Shown piece after piece: positions 47,735 through 56,089 of a stretch of 64,000 nucleotides of DNA (its first letter is position 1; every line of letters begins with the position of its first letter). Source of the DNA: a bacterium (GTDB taxonomy: Bacteria; Patescibacteriota; Saccharimonadia; Saccharimonadales; SZUA-47). The stretch spans positions 143,910-207,909 of the forward strand of contig JAUIBF010000002.1 in NCBI GenBank assembly GCA_030428125.1, written 5' to 3'. The notes beneath the pieces were generated by a model. The model saw only the letters and a program-made list of their open reading frames with translations. It was not told the DNA's origin and did no database searches. The position numbers and the translations under genes are program-made.

Positions 47735-47768
47735 AATTTATAAGGATAAAACAAGGAGTAAATAACTA

Positions 47769-49616
47769 ATGGCAGAACAAGACAAGCTACATGCTATGAG
47801 ACACAGCTTAGCGCATATTATGGCGACAGCAATTACTACCTTGTGGCCAGAAGCTAAACTAGGAGTGGGTCCAGTTGTCGAAAACGGCTTTTACTACGAT
47901 GTAGATATACCTAATGTGACTATTTCTGAAGATGATTTTAAGAAGATAGAGCTTGCAATGAAGCAAGTGATAAACAAAAAACAACCTTTTGAGCAGAGCA
48001 GTAAGCCAATCGACGAAGCAATTACTTGGGCCAAAGCAGCAAACCAACCATACAAAGAGGAACTTCTAAACGATTTAAAACGTGCAGGCACTACTGTCGC
48101 AAAAGATTTAAGTCCAGAGGAAATGGGTACGTTTGCAGGCGAAGATTCCAAGTCTGACACTGTAGGATTTTATACCAATGGCGACTTTACAGATTTGTGT
48201 CGAGGTCCACACGTCGAAGACACCGGTAAGGTTGGCGCGTTTAAGCTGATGCGTGTAGCAGGCGCCTACTGGCGAGGAAATGAGAAGAATCCTCAGATGC
48301 AGAGGGTATATGGAGTGGCATTCGAGACTAAAGAGCAACTAAACGAGCATTTGCACATGCTAGAAGAAGCTAAGAAGCGTGATCATCGTAAAATCGGTAA
48401 AGAGATGGACTTGTTCGTTTTCAGCGACCTGGTAGGCCAAGGATTGCCTCTATGGACCCCTAGAGGGACTATCCTGCGAACGGAAATAGACAGATTTGTA
48501 CAAGAGTTAAGGAGTGAATATGGCTATCAACCCGTAGAGATACCTCACATAACCAAAAAAGATTTGTATGAGACAAGTGGTCACTGGGACAAATTTGGTG
48601 ATGAGTTATTCCAAATAAAAACTAGAGAAGGACATGAATTTGTCATGAAGCCTATGAACTGTCCTCACCATACCCAAATCTATACCTCCCAGCCTCGTAG
48701 TTACAGAGATTTACCAGTTCGCTATAGCAATACGACTATGGTATATCGTGATGAACAGTCTGGAGAGTTAGGTGGTCTATCTAGGGTTCGCTCAATTACA
48801 CAGGACGATGCACATGTATTTTGTCGAAGTAGCCAAATTAAGCAAGAAGCGCTAAAGATTTGGGCCATAGTCGAGAGGTTTTACGGAGTATTTGGCATGG
48901 AAGTTCGAGCAGAGCTATCATTCATGGACCCAGATGAGCCTGAAAAGTATCTCGGAGAGCCTCAGTTATGGGAAGATGCACAAAATACTCTTAAAGAATT
49001 AGTTATCGAGAAAACAGGCGAGGAAACAACAATTGGGGTAGGCGAAGCTGCGTTTTATGGTCCAAAGATTGATTTTATGGCCAAGGATGCTCTAGGTAGA
49101 GAACACCAAGTAGCCACTATTCAGCTGGACTTTAATCAGCCTGAGCGATTTGATTTAACTTGTACAAACGAGGAAGGTAATCCAGAAAGAATCATAATGA
49201 TTCACGCAGCAATTGCTGGATCGCTTGAACGATTTCTATCGGTGCTAATTGAACATACTGCTGGAAAATTTCCGATTTGGTTGTCTCCAGAGCAGGTCAG
49301 GATAATAACCGTTAACCAAGAAGAAATGATAGTTAGAATGGCAGATGACATTAGACAGCTAGCTGAAAATTCCGGCTTGAGAGTCCATGTTGATAATACC
49401 CACGAATCAGTTGGAAAAAAGATTAGAGCAAGCGAGGTGGCCAAGGTTCCTTACACATTAGTTATCGGTGAAAAAGAGCTTTCCGACGGCGTGCTGTCTC
49501 CGAGATTGCGCAAAGATATTTCTGTAATTGATGCTCAATCTGAGTTACACTATGAGCAGTTTGTAAATACTGTTCTGAATGAAACTAAATCTAGGGTAAA
49601 TAAATCTAGCTTATGA
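47769..49616 (+). CDS. thrS: Threonine--tRNA ligase
   Basis: RHSLAH, DLCRGPH, RDHRKIG, KPMNCPHH, AAFYGPKID, GSLERF. Confidence 0.97.
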   Translation: MAEQDKLHAMRHSLAHIMATAITTLWPEAKLGVGPVVENGFYYDVDIPNVTISEDDFKKIELAMKQVINKKQPFEQSSKPIDEAITWAKAANQPYKEELLNDLKRAGTTVAKDLSPEEMGTFAGEDSKSDTVGFYTNGDFTDLCRGPHVEDTGKVGAFKLMRVAGAYWRGNEKNPQMQRVYGVAFETKEQLNEHLHMLEEAKKRDHRKIGKEMDLFVFSDLVGQGLPLWTPRGTILRTEIDRFVQELRSEYGYQPVEIPHITKKDLYETSGHWDKFGDELFQIKTREGHEFVMKPMNCPHHTQIYTSQPRSYRDLPVRYSNTTMVYRDEQSGELGGLSRVRSITQDDAHVFCRSSQIKQEALKIWAIVERFYGVFGMEVRAELSFMDPDEPEKYLGEPQLWEDAQNTLKELVIEKTGEETTIGVGEAAFYGPKIDFMAKDALGREHQVATIQLDFNQPERFDLTCTNEEGNPERIIMIHAAIAGSLERFLSVLIEHTAGKFPIWLSPEQVRIITVNQEEMIVRMADDIRQLAENSGLRVHVDNTHESVGKKIRASEVAKVPYTLVIGEKELSDGVLSPRLRKDISVIDAQSELHYEQFVNTVLNETKSRVNKSSL

Positions 49617-49996
49617 CCAAGTCAACCAGTAAAAAATCAGCGAAGGCAAGAACTTCTAAAAAAACAGAAGTCGAAAAGCCTAAATTAGTAGATAAAAAGA
49701 CTCTTAAGAACGCTAGGGCTAATCTGGAGTTGAAATTGAGTGTTGTCTTTGCTGGAATAGCAATGTTTGCAAACGTGTTAATTTATTTCTTTGCGATTTT
49801 ACCTGCTTACGAAATAATTGACGGCGAGTCACAAGGTAGTTTGAGTGAAACATTAGATAGTAGTGAGAGAGTTACAGATATATTAACACCGGTAGTTTTT
49901 GTGGCTCTAGCAGCCGCTTTGGTATTGCTTGCTGTCGGGACTTTTAAGTATGTCAAAAACAAACCTAAGGCCAAAAGTTCAATCACTGGTAGCTAG
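49613..49996 (+). CDS. Two-TM hypothetical membrane protein
   Basis: Basic N-terminus and two hydrophobic helices; overlaps the thrS stop. Confidence 0.65.
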   Translation: MTKSTSKKSAKARTSKKTEVEKPKLVDKKTLKNARANLELKLSVVFAGIAMFANVLIYFFAILPAYEIIDGESQGSLSETLDSSERVTDILTPVVFVALAAALVLLAVGTFKYVKNKPKAKSSITGS

Positions 49997-50261
49997 GATT
50001 CCTGAAGGTAGGTTAATGACCTATGGTCAGCTAGCTGCGCTAGTAGGAAGTCCGAGAGCAGCCAGAATTGTTGGTGGAATTGCTCACTTCGGCGATCCAG
50101 AACTACCCTGGCATCGTGTTGTAAATAAGCAAGGTGGGTTAGCTAGTGGATACCCAGGTGGTCGGATGGCACACATGGAACACCTACTTGCCGAAGGCGT
50201 AAAATTCAGCAACGATAAAGCAAACATTAACGAATTAATCTGGTGGCCGGATGAGCTGTAG
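49950..50261 (+). CDS. Alkyltransferase-like (ATL, MGMT family) protein
   Basis: IPEGRLMTYGQLA, ARIVG, PWHRV (Trp replaces the catalytic Cys). Confidence 0.88.
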   Translation: MSKTNLRPKVQSLVARIPEGRLMTYGQLAALVGSPRAARIVGGIAHFGDPELPWHRVVNKQGGLASGYPGGRMAHMEHLLAEGVKFSNDKANINELIWWPDEL

Positions 50262-51111
50262 GCCCGTAATTTTCATAGTCGGCGTAACTGCTAGTGGCAA
50301 GACAGCTTGCGCATTGGAGGTGGCAAAAAGGCTTAACGGAGAGATTATTTGTGCTGACTCGCAAACCCTCAGAAAAGACCTGAACATTGGTACTGCAAAG
50401 CCTGCTAAAGAAGAACAAAGTTCGGCTAAACACCACATGCTGGACTTGATTGAACCATACGATAGATTCAGTGTTGCGGAGTTTAAAAAACAAGCAGAGG
50501 TAGCAATTCAAGAAATACAATCTCGCGGGAAAATACCGATAGTAGTTGGTGGCACTGGGCTATACATTGATTCACTGTTTTATGATTACGATTTAACTAT
50601 CAATAAGATTGATAGAGATGAATACGATAACCTTTCAGTTAATGAACTTCAGCAAATAATAGTAGATAGAGGCTATGAGTTGCCTGCAAACAAAAATAAT
50701 CCCAGACATTTAATTGGAGTAATAGCACGTGCCGGAGAAACATCGATAGATATAATACCTGCCAAAGACAGTCTAATCTACGGTATTCGGAGGCCTGACA
50801 CAGAAATCAAAGACCGTATAAATAAGCGCGTAGAAATCATGTTTGATAATGGATTAATTGATGAGGTGAAGTCCGTAAGCAAAAAATACGGAAAGCCCCC
50901 AGCAAAACTGGATGCCATTTGCTACCCGATTATTCAAAGATACTTAGATGGAAATATAAATCTAGACGAGGCAAAGCAGTTGTTCAAAACGGCTGACTGG
51001 CAGTATGCGAGGCGCCAAAAAGCATGGTTCAAACGTAATCAATTTATTCAGTGGTTTGAGGATGAGAAACAGGCTGCAGATGCAATAATTAAAGATGTAG
51101 CGCACTACTGA
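50251..51111 (+). CDS. miaA: tRNA dimethylallyltransferase
   Basis: GVTASGKT, ADS, IGTAKP, VGGTGLYI, YARRQKAWF. Confidence 0.94.
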   Translation: MSCRPVIFIVGVTASGKTACALEVAKRLNGEIICADSQTLRKDLNIGTAKPAKEEQSSAKHHMLDLIEPYDRFSVAEFKKQAEVAIQEIQSRGKIPIVVGGTGLYIDSLFYDYDLTINKIDRDEYDNLSVNELQQIIVDRGYELPANKNNPRHLIGVIARAGETSIDIIPAKDSLIYGIRRPDTEIKDRINKRVEIMFDNGLIDEVKSVSKKYGKPPAKLDAICYPIIQRYLDGNINLDEAKQLFKTADWQYARRQKAWFKRNQFIQWFEDEKQAADAIIKDVAHY

Positions 51112-51147
51112 ACAAATCTGTTACAATTAAACCAAGAGGTTGAAGAA

Positions 51148-51804
51148 GTGATAGAACAGCTATTTGGTTCAAAGACGAGGGTAAAGCTACTAAAGCTGTT
51201 TTTTAGTAACCCCAATCGCTCGTTTTATGTAAGAGAAATAACAAGAAAAGTAGAAGAGCAAATTAACTCGGTCCGACGTGAGTTGGCAAATTTATTGGCT
51301 TTAGGACTAATAACGTCTGACAGCACAAATAACAAACTTTATTACGAGGTTAATCAGAAATACGAGCATTATGAAGCGCTGAAAAGCATGTTCTCTGAAG
51401 CCAAAAAATCAAAACCAGCTGACAAAAAGGTTACCTCTAAATCTAAGAAGGCTGACGAAGCAGAGGATACTAAAGAAGAGGTTAAAGACAATACCGTGGA
51501 GCTACCAGAAGCAAAACACTGGGAGGGCGCAGGCAACATCGTAGGTATAGCATACTCGGGAGTTTACACGCGAGATGAAAGTGCCGGAGTCGATGTGTTG
51601 GTTGTCGGAGATGCATTAATCTCAAAAGTAGAATCAGTAATCTCTGAGCTTGAAAAAGAGAAGAACAAAGAGCTGAGATACGCATTAATCGAACCTGATG
51701 AGTGGCGTTATAGGCAACAGGTAAGAGACAAATTCTGGCTACAGTTCGATGGTGCAAAAAAGCAAATCGTATTAGACAAACAACAAATATTCGAAGATAA
51801 ATAG
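51148..51804 (+). CDS. Winged-helix regulator with a degenerate nucleotidyltransferase-like C-terminal domain
   Basis: LFGSKTRVKLL...YVREITR...NSVRREL; SG..VDVLVVG. Confidence 0.65.
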   Translation: MIEQLFGSKTRVKLLKLFFSNPNRSFYVREITRKVEEQINSVRRELANLLALGLITSDSTNNKLYYEVNQKYEHYEALKSMFSEAKKSKPADKKVTSKSKKADEAEDTKEEVKDNTVELPEAKHWEGAGNIVGIAYSGVYTRDESAGVDVLVVGDALISKVESVISELEKEKNKELRYALIEPDEWRYRQQVRDKFWLQFDGAKKQIVLDKQQIFEDK

Positions 51805-51813
51805 GAGATAGAT

Positions 51814-52458
51814 ATGGAAATCGAATTTTATGGGGCAAATTGCTTCAAGATTAAATCTAAACAAGCAAGTATCGTTATTGATGACGACTTAGATACACGT
51901 GGATCAAAAAATGTGACCAAGGATAAAGATGTACTTGTAGTCACAAATAAATCTATAAAGCACGATAAGTCTTCTGGATTGGCAAGATTAACTCTAGAAA
52001 GCGCCGGCGAGTTTGAAGTTGGCGACATATCTGTTCAGGGAGTGCAGACTAGAGGCCATCTGGATACTGACGAAGAGCAGACGGCTACAGTATTCCAATG
52101 TACATATGGTGGCGCTTCAGTGACAATTTTAGGTCATATTCACCCTGATCTATCTGATGAAGTTCAGGAGCTAGCTGGGGGTACTGACGTACTAATCGTT
52201 CCGGTTGGAGGAAACGGTTATACACTCGATGCAACAGGTGCTACAAAAGCAATAAAAGCAATAGAGCCAGATGTGGTAATCCCAGCGTATTACGATGAAT
52301 CAGGACTTACATTCGAAGTTCCGACTGCACCTTTAGACGACTTCGTAAAGACAAGCGGTCTAAACTTTGAAGAAAAATCAGACTCTCACAAGGTTGGTAA
52401 AACTAGTTCAGAATCTGGTCAAACACAGTTAGTTGTATTAGAAACTAAAAAAGCCTAA
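51814..52458 (+). CDS. MBL-fold metallo-hydrolase-like protein
   Basis: GANCFKI, GEFEV, DVLIVPVGG, IEPDVVIP; metal ligands appear degenerate. Confidence 0.75.
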   Translation: MEIEFYGANCFKIKSKQASIVIDDDLDTRGSKNVTKDKDVLVVTNKSIKHDKSSGLARLTLESAGEFEVGDISVQGVQTRGHLDTDEEQTATVFQCTYGGASVTILGHIHPDLSDEVQELAGGTDVLIVPVGGNGYTLDATGATKAIKAIEPDVVIPAYYDESGLTFEVPTAPLDDFVKTSGLNFEEKSDSHKVGKTSSESGQTQLVVLETKKA

Positions 52459-52496
52459 GTATTTCCCAGGCTTTAGAAAGCAAAAATTAGCTGGTC

Positions 52497-52691
52497 TTAT
52501 TTAGCGATAAGGCCTTTTTTGCGTAGCGTACGTAGGGCACTTGTGCTGATTTTCATCTTCACTTTTTTGCCGTCTACGATAATAGTCTTCTTCTGAAGAT
52601 TTGGTTGCCAAACTTTCTTGGTGTGGCGTTGCGAAAAGCTCACGTTGTTGCCGTGTTGCTTGGCTTTTCCGGTAATGTCGCATGATTTCAT
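52497..52691 (-). CDS. rpmB: 50S ribosomal protein L28
   Basis: CDITGK, GNNVSFS, WQPNLQ. Confidence 0.95.
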   Translation of the reverse strand: MKSCDITGKAKQHGNNVSFSQRHTKKVWQPNLQKKTIIVDGKKVKMKISTSALRTLRKKGLIAK

Positions 52692-52788
52692 GGGTTATCT
52701 CTTAGATTAATTACTCGAATCATTTTACTATTTTTACACCTTACAGTCAAGGGTAAATAGCTTAGTGCTCGATGCTATACTATGATTA

Positions 52789-53457
52789 ATGAATTTGTTT
52801 TTGTTTGCTCAGACGAGCATAGGAACTGGAGGTTTTCAAAACTTCGGGATAAGCCTGTATGCAATAGGCCTATTTTTGATAGTATTACTGATTTCTGCAA
52901 CTCTGCATGAAATGATGCATGCCTACGTCGCATTGAAACTTGGTGATGATTTGGCTCATAGCCACGGTCGGATTAGCTTAAACCCACTTGTGCACATTGA
53001 CCCCATTCTTACGATTGGCTTACCTGCTGTACTGTTGCTGCTCGGCCAGCCACCAATTTTGGCTGCCAAGCCAGTCCCGATAAATACTTCTAGGATAGAA
53101 GGAGGAGACAACGGATTAGCAATTGTAGGAATCTCCGGCCCTCTGACAAATCTTGCGCTTGCGTTCATCTTTGGGGCTATCCTAAAACTAACTAGTTTCA
53201 CTGGAGTTACATATGACATCTTATGGCTATTCGTGTTCGTTAACGTGAGTTTGTTTGTGTTTAACATGCTGCCTATACCTCCTCTTGATGGCTCCAGAGT
53301 TCTATATGCTGTAGCTCCAGAACCCGTACAAAGATTTATGAGACAAATCGAAGCTTTTGGGATATTTGGTCTTGTGCTGATTCTAATGGTCGCCTATCCT
53401 ATAATTTATCCGATGCTCGATAGAGCAAACGAAATTATCTTTGACCTAGTAACGTAG
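52789..53457 (+). CDS. Site-2 protease family (M50) metalloprotease
   Basis: HEMMH, SLNPLVHID, GPLTN, FNMLPIPPLDG. Confidence 0.92.
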   Translation: MNLFLFAQTSIGTGGFQNFGISLYAIGLFLIVLLISATLHEMMHAYVALKLGDDLAHSHGRISLNPLVHIDPILTIGLPAVLLLLGQPPILAAKPVPINTSRIEGGDNGLAIVGISGPLTNLALAFIFGAILKLTSFTGVTYDILWLFVFVNVSLFVFNMLPIPPLDGSRVLYAVAPEPVQRFMRQIEAFGIFGLVLILMVAYPIIYPMLDRANEIIFDLVT

Positions 53458-53482
53458 AGGGCATAGCAGTTATACTTATATC

Positions 53483-53626
53483 TGCAGACTAGAGCTATCA
53501 TTATGATTTTTCTGAATAACTAATCATAGGGTTCGATCTCCGCATATAATCCGTGGATTACATGCTTATCTTACCCACCTAGCTTTTGCGCAGGTAAATC
53601 CAAGGTAGCTCTTTCCAGTCTGCATA
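53483..53626 (-). ncRNA. Candidate rod-shaped ncRNA (6S-like?)
   Basis: Ends pair over 17 bp, apical 10 bp hairpin, TATAAT about 8 nt upstream on the minus strand. Confidence 0.45.
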
Positions 53627-53667
53627 CAAAGTAATTATAATAATGAATGAAATTGAATATTGTTTTC

Positions 53668-53742
53668 GGAAAGAGCAGACAGAACAGACGATCTATTCGG
53701 CTGTCCTGCTCGATGAGAAAACCCGAAGGGTTGTCTCATAAG
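53668..53742 (+). repeat. Two-hairpin dispersed repeat, copy E3
   Basis: GGAAAGAGCAGAC...GACGATCTATTCGGCT...GCTCGATGAGAAAACCCGAAGGGTTGTCTCAT. Confidence 0.8.
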
Positions 53743-54557
53743 TGAAACAATTAAAATTTGAACATCAATTCGCTTCAGATATAAAACAAGGTGAAAAAAC
53801 TGCCACATTTCGTGTCAATGACGACAAAGACATTAAGCCAGGGGATATTGTTGAGCTTGTAGATAAAGTTTCACACGATTATCCGTCAACTTGGGAAATA
53901 CCAGGTGAGCTTGAAATAACAGAGGTAAGTCAAGTATCAATTGGCAACTTAAATAAGGAACATATGCTGCGAGCAGAGTCATTTGATGACGTCGATCAAA
54001 TGGTGCAGACATTCCGACGCTTTTATGGCGAACACGTCAGCAATGAAACTTTGGTTAACGTTTTAAACTTTACATATCGACCATTTGAAGTACCCAAGAA
54101 GTTCTTAGAGCAGGTAACAACAGACGATCAAATTCCACAAAAAGTTCAGCTGTTTGCAGATGGTGGATCAAGAGGAAATCCTGGTCCTTCAGCTTTGGGT
54201 TTTGTAGTTTTGGACGAGGACAATAACTTACTACATCAGGATAACAAGTACCTGGGGTTAACAACTAACAACCAGGCAGAATACCACGCAGTTCTAGCAG
54301 GAATGGAGTGGTGCCTGTCTAAAAATGTGCGAGAGATAAAAATATTTCTTGATAGCATGCTGGTTGTAAATCAGATGAACGGTAAGTTTAAAGTCAAAAA
54401 CCGAGACCTTTGGACCTTATACGAATCGGCCAAAGATCTAAGTAAAAAGTTTCGCAAAGCAACAGTTACTCATGTGCCTAGAGAAATGAATAAACTAGCC
54501 GACAAAGAAGTTAACAAAGCCCTGGATGCCATAAAGGGGGCCGATATTGTACAATAG
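53742..54557 (+). CDS. ASCH domain fused to ribonuclease HI-like domain
   Basis: GEKTATFR ASCH motif; DGGSRGNPGP, TNNQAEY, DSMLVVNQ, HVPREMNKLAD. Confidence 0.88.
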   Translation: MKQLKFEHQFASDIKQGEKTATFRVNDDKDIKPGDIVELVDKVSHDYPSTWEIPGELEITEVSQVSIGNLNKEHMLRAESFDDVDQMVQTFRRFYGEHVSNETLVNVLNFTYRPFEVPKKFLEQVTTDDQIPQKVQLFADGGSRGNPGPSALGFVVLDEDNNLLHQDNKYLGLTTNNQAEYHAVLAGMEWCLSKNVREIKIFLDSMLVVNQMNGKFKVKNRDLWTLYESAKDLSKKFRKATVTHVPREMNKLADKEVNKALDAIKGADIVQ

Positions 54558-54559
54558 AG

Positions 54560-54912
54560 TTGTCCTAGTCATACACGGTCAATCGCCAAGTTTACTTGGA
54601 GGAAAGTCCGGGCAGCATCGGTCAAGACAGTTGCTAACGGCAACCGAGAGTAATCTCAGGGAAAGTGCCACAGAAACGAAACACCCAATTTTCGGGGATA
54701 GATGAAAAGAGTGGGGTAAGAGCCCACAACTTCTCACGGTGACGTGGGAGGGTAGGTAAACCCTGTCTGCTGCAAGGAGGTAATTTATCGCTTACTAGCG
54801 ATCCGCTGACCACTGTTTGCCGCTTAAATCCGCTCGAACTGCTGAGCAATCAGTAGTCTAGATAGATGATTGACGATAACAGAACCCGGCTTATAGTGCA
54901 TGATTTGGGCAA
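54560..54912 (+). ncRNA. rnpB: RNase P RNA
   Basis: GAGGAAAGTCCGGGC, GAAAGTGCCACAGAAA, ACAGAACCCGGCTTA; 5'/3' P1 pairing. Confidence 0.96.
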
Positions 54913-54914
54913 TT

Positions 54915-54945
54915 AAAAACACCTCTGATTTAAGAGGTGTTTTTT
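54915..54945. terminator. Bidirectional intrinsic terminator between rnpB and rplT
   Basis: AAAAACACCTCT-loop-AGAGGTGTTTTT. Confidence 0.8.
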
Positions 54946-54960
54946 GTATCGTTTAGAATA

Positions 54961-55302
54961 TTATTTAGCTGCCGATACTACTGCTTTGAAAGCTTCTGGT
55001 TCGTTAACAGCTAGCTCGCTTAAGATTTTTCTATCAACCTTAATGTCTTTTTGCTTCATGCCATTAATCAACTTGCTGTAAGTTGTACCGTTTTCACGAG
55101 CCGCAGCGTTGATACGAGTATTCCATAGTTGTCGGAATGTTCGTTTGCGATTTCGTCGATCGTTGTAGCTGTTCTCTAGTGAACGAACAACAGCTTGCTT
55201 ACCACGACGTACACTTGAACGGTTCGCCAAAGACATGCCTTTAGTTTGTTTTCGAATCTTATTGTGTCGTGCGCGTGCAGTTACGCCTCTTTTTACTCTC
55301 AT
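54961..55302 (-). CDS. rplT: 50S ribosomal protein L20
   Basis: MRVKRG, FRQLWNTRINAAAR, DRKILSELA. Confidence 0.96.
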   Translation of the reverse strand: MRVKRGVTARARHNKIRKQTKGMSLANRSSVRRGKQAVVRSLENSYNDRRNRKRTFRQLWNTRINAAARENGTTYSKLINGMKQKDIKVDRKILSELAVNEPEAFKAVVSAAK

Positions 55303-55499
55303 TATTTAGCTCCTAAGTTTAACTTGGCGTTTTTGGCTTGCTTGCCGGTCAGCTCTTGAACGCCAGCATGTGTTCGCTTACGACTTTTGCTTTTTTTCTC
55401 CAAGAAATGCTTTCCGGTAGCTTTTCTTCTTAAAACTTTACCGTTCTTATTTACTTTGATGCGATCTTTGGTTCCACTATGAGTCTTTAGTTTTGGCAT
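55302..55499 (-). CDS. rpmI: 50S ribosomal protein L35
   Basis: MPKLKTHSG; infC-rpmI-rplT synteny. Confidence 0.95.
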   Translation of the reverse strand: MPKLKTHSGTKDRIKVNKNGKVLRRKATGKHFLEKKSKSRKRTHAGVQELTGKQAKNAKLNLGAK

Positions 55500-56007
55500 T
55501 GTTAGCTCTCCTTATTGTGAAGCTCAGTTGGCGTCCGGCAAATTGTGGTGCTTGGTCGACAGTTGCTTCTTCGTTAAATGATTCGATTATCTTTTCGGCA
55601 AGTTTAAATCCTAAGTCTTTGTGAGCTAGTTCTCGTCCTCTATAACGTAGAACGTATTTCACTTTGTGTCCGTCTTCCAGAAACTCTCGGGCTTTTTTGG
55701 CTTTGACACCTAGGTCGTGATCGCTGATTTTCAGCCCCACTCTTAGCTGCTTAACCTCTTGTGCCTTAGTGTTCTTCTGGTTCCGCTTTGCTTGCTTGGT
55801 CTTCTGGTAGTTGTATTTGCCCCAGTCGATTATTTTTACTACCGGTGGGTCTGCATCAGGAGAAATCTCCACTAAATCCAGCTCGGCATTTTGTGCTGCA
55901 GAAAGCGCTTCGGTTCGACTCATGACCCCTAATTGGTCGCCATGTTCATCGATAACACGTAGCTTCGGCGCCCGAATTTGGTCATTCAGGCGAGTAAATT
56001 TACCTAT
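55477..56007 (-). CDS. infC: Translation initiation factor IF-3 with non-canonical ATA start
   Basis: Frame extends upstream through RLNDQIRAPKLRVID to an ATA 8 nt after AAGGAG; LDLVEIS, PPVVKIIDWGK. Confidence 0.93.
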   Translation of the reverse strand: MGKFTRLNDQIRAPKLRVIDEHGDQLGVMSRTEALSAAQNAELDLVEISPDADPPVVKIIDWGKYNYQKTKQAKRNQKNTKAQEVKQLRVGLKISDHDLGVKAKKAREFLEDGHKVKYVLRYRGRELAHKDLGFKLAEKIIESFNEEATVDQAPQFAGRQLSFTIRRANNAKTKDS

Positions 56008-56089
56008 GGTAATCTCTCCTTATTTTATGAAATTGTTTTATTAATGATAACAGATGTGGACCTCAAATACAAGAGGTAGAGGGCAGATT

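Noticed and set aside
5859..51127. Repeated ATCTGTTACAA at about 5859, 37468 and 51117 as an operator
   Set aside because: Explained more simply as extended -10 promoter elements (TGn-TACAAT)
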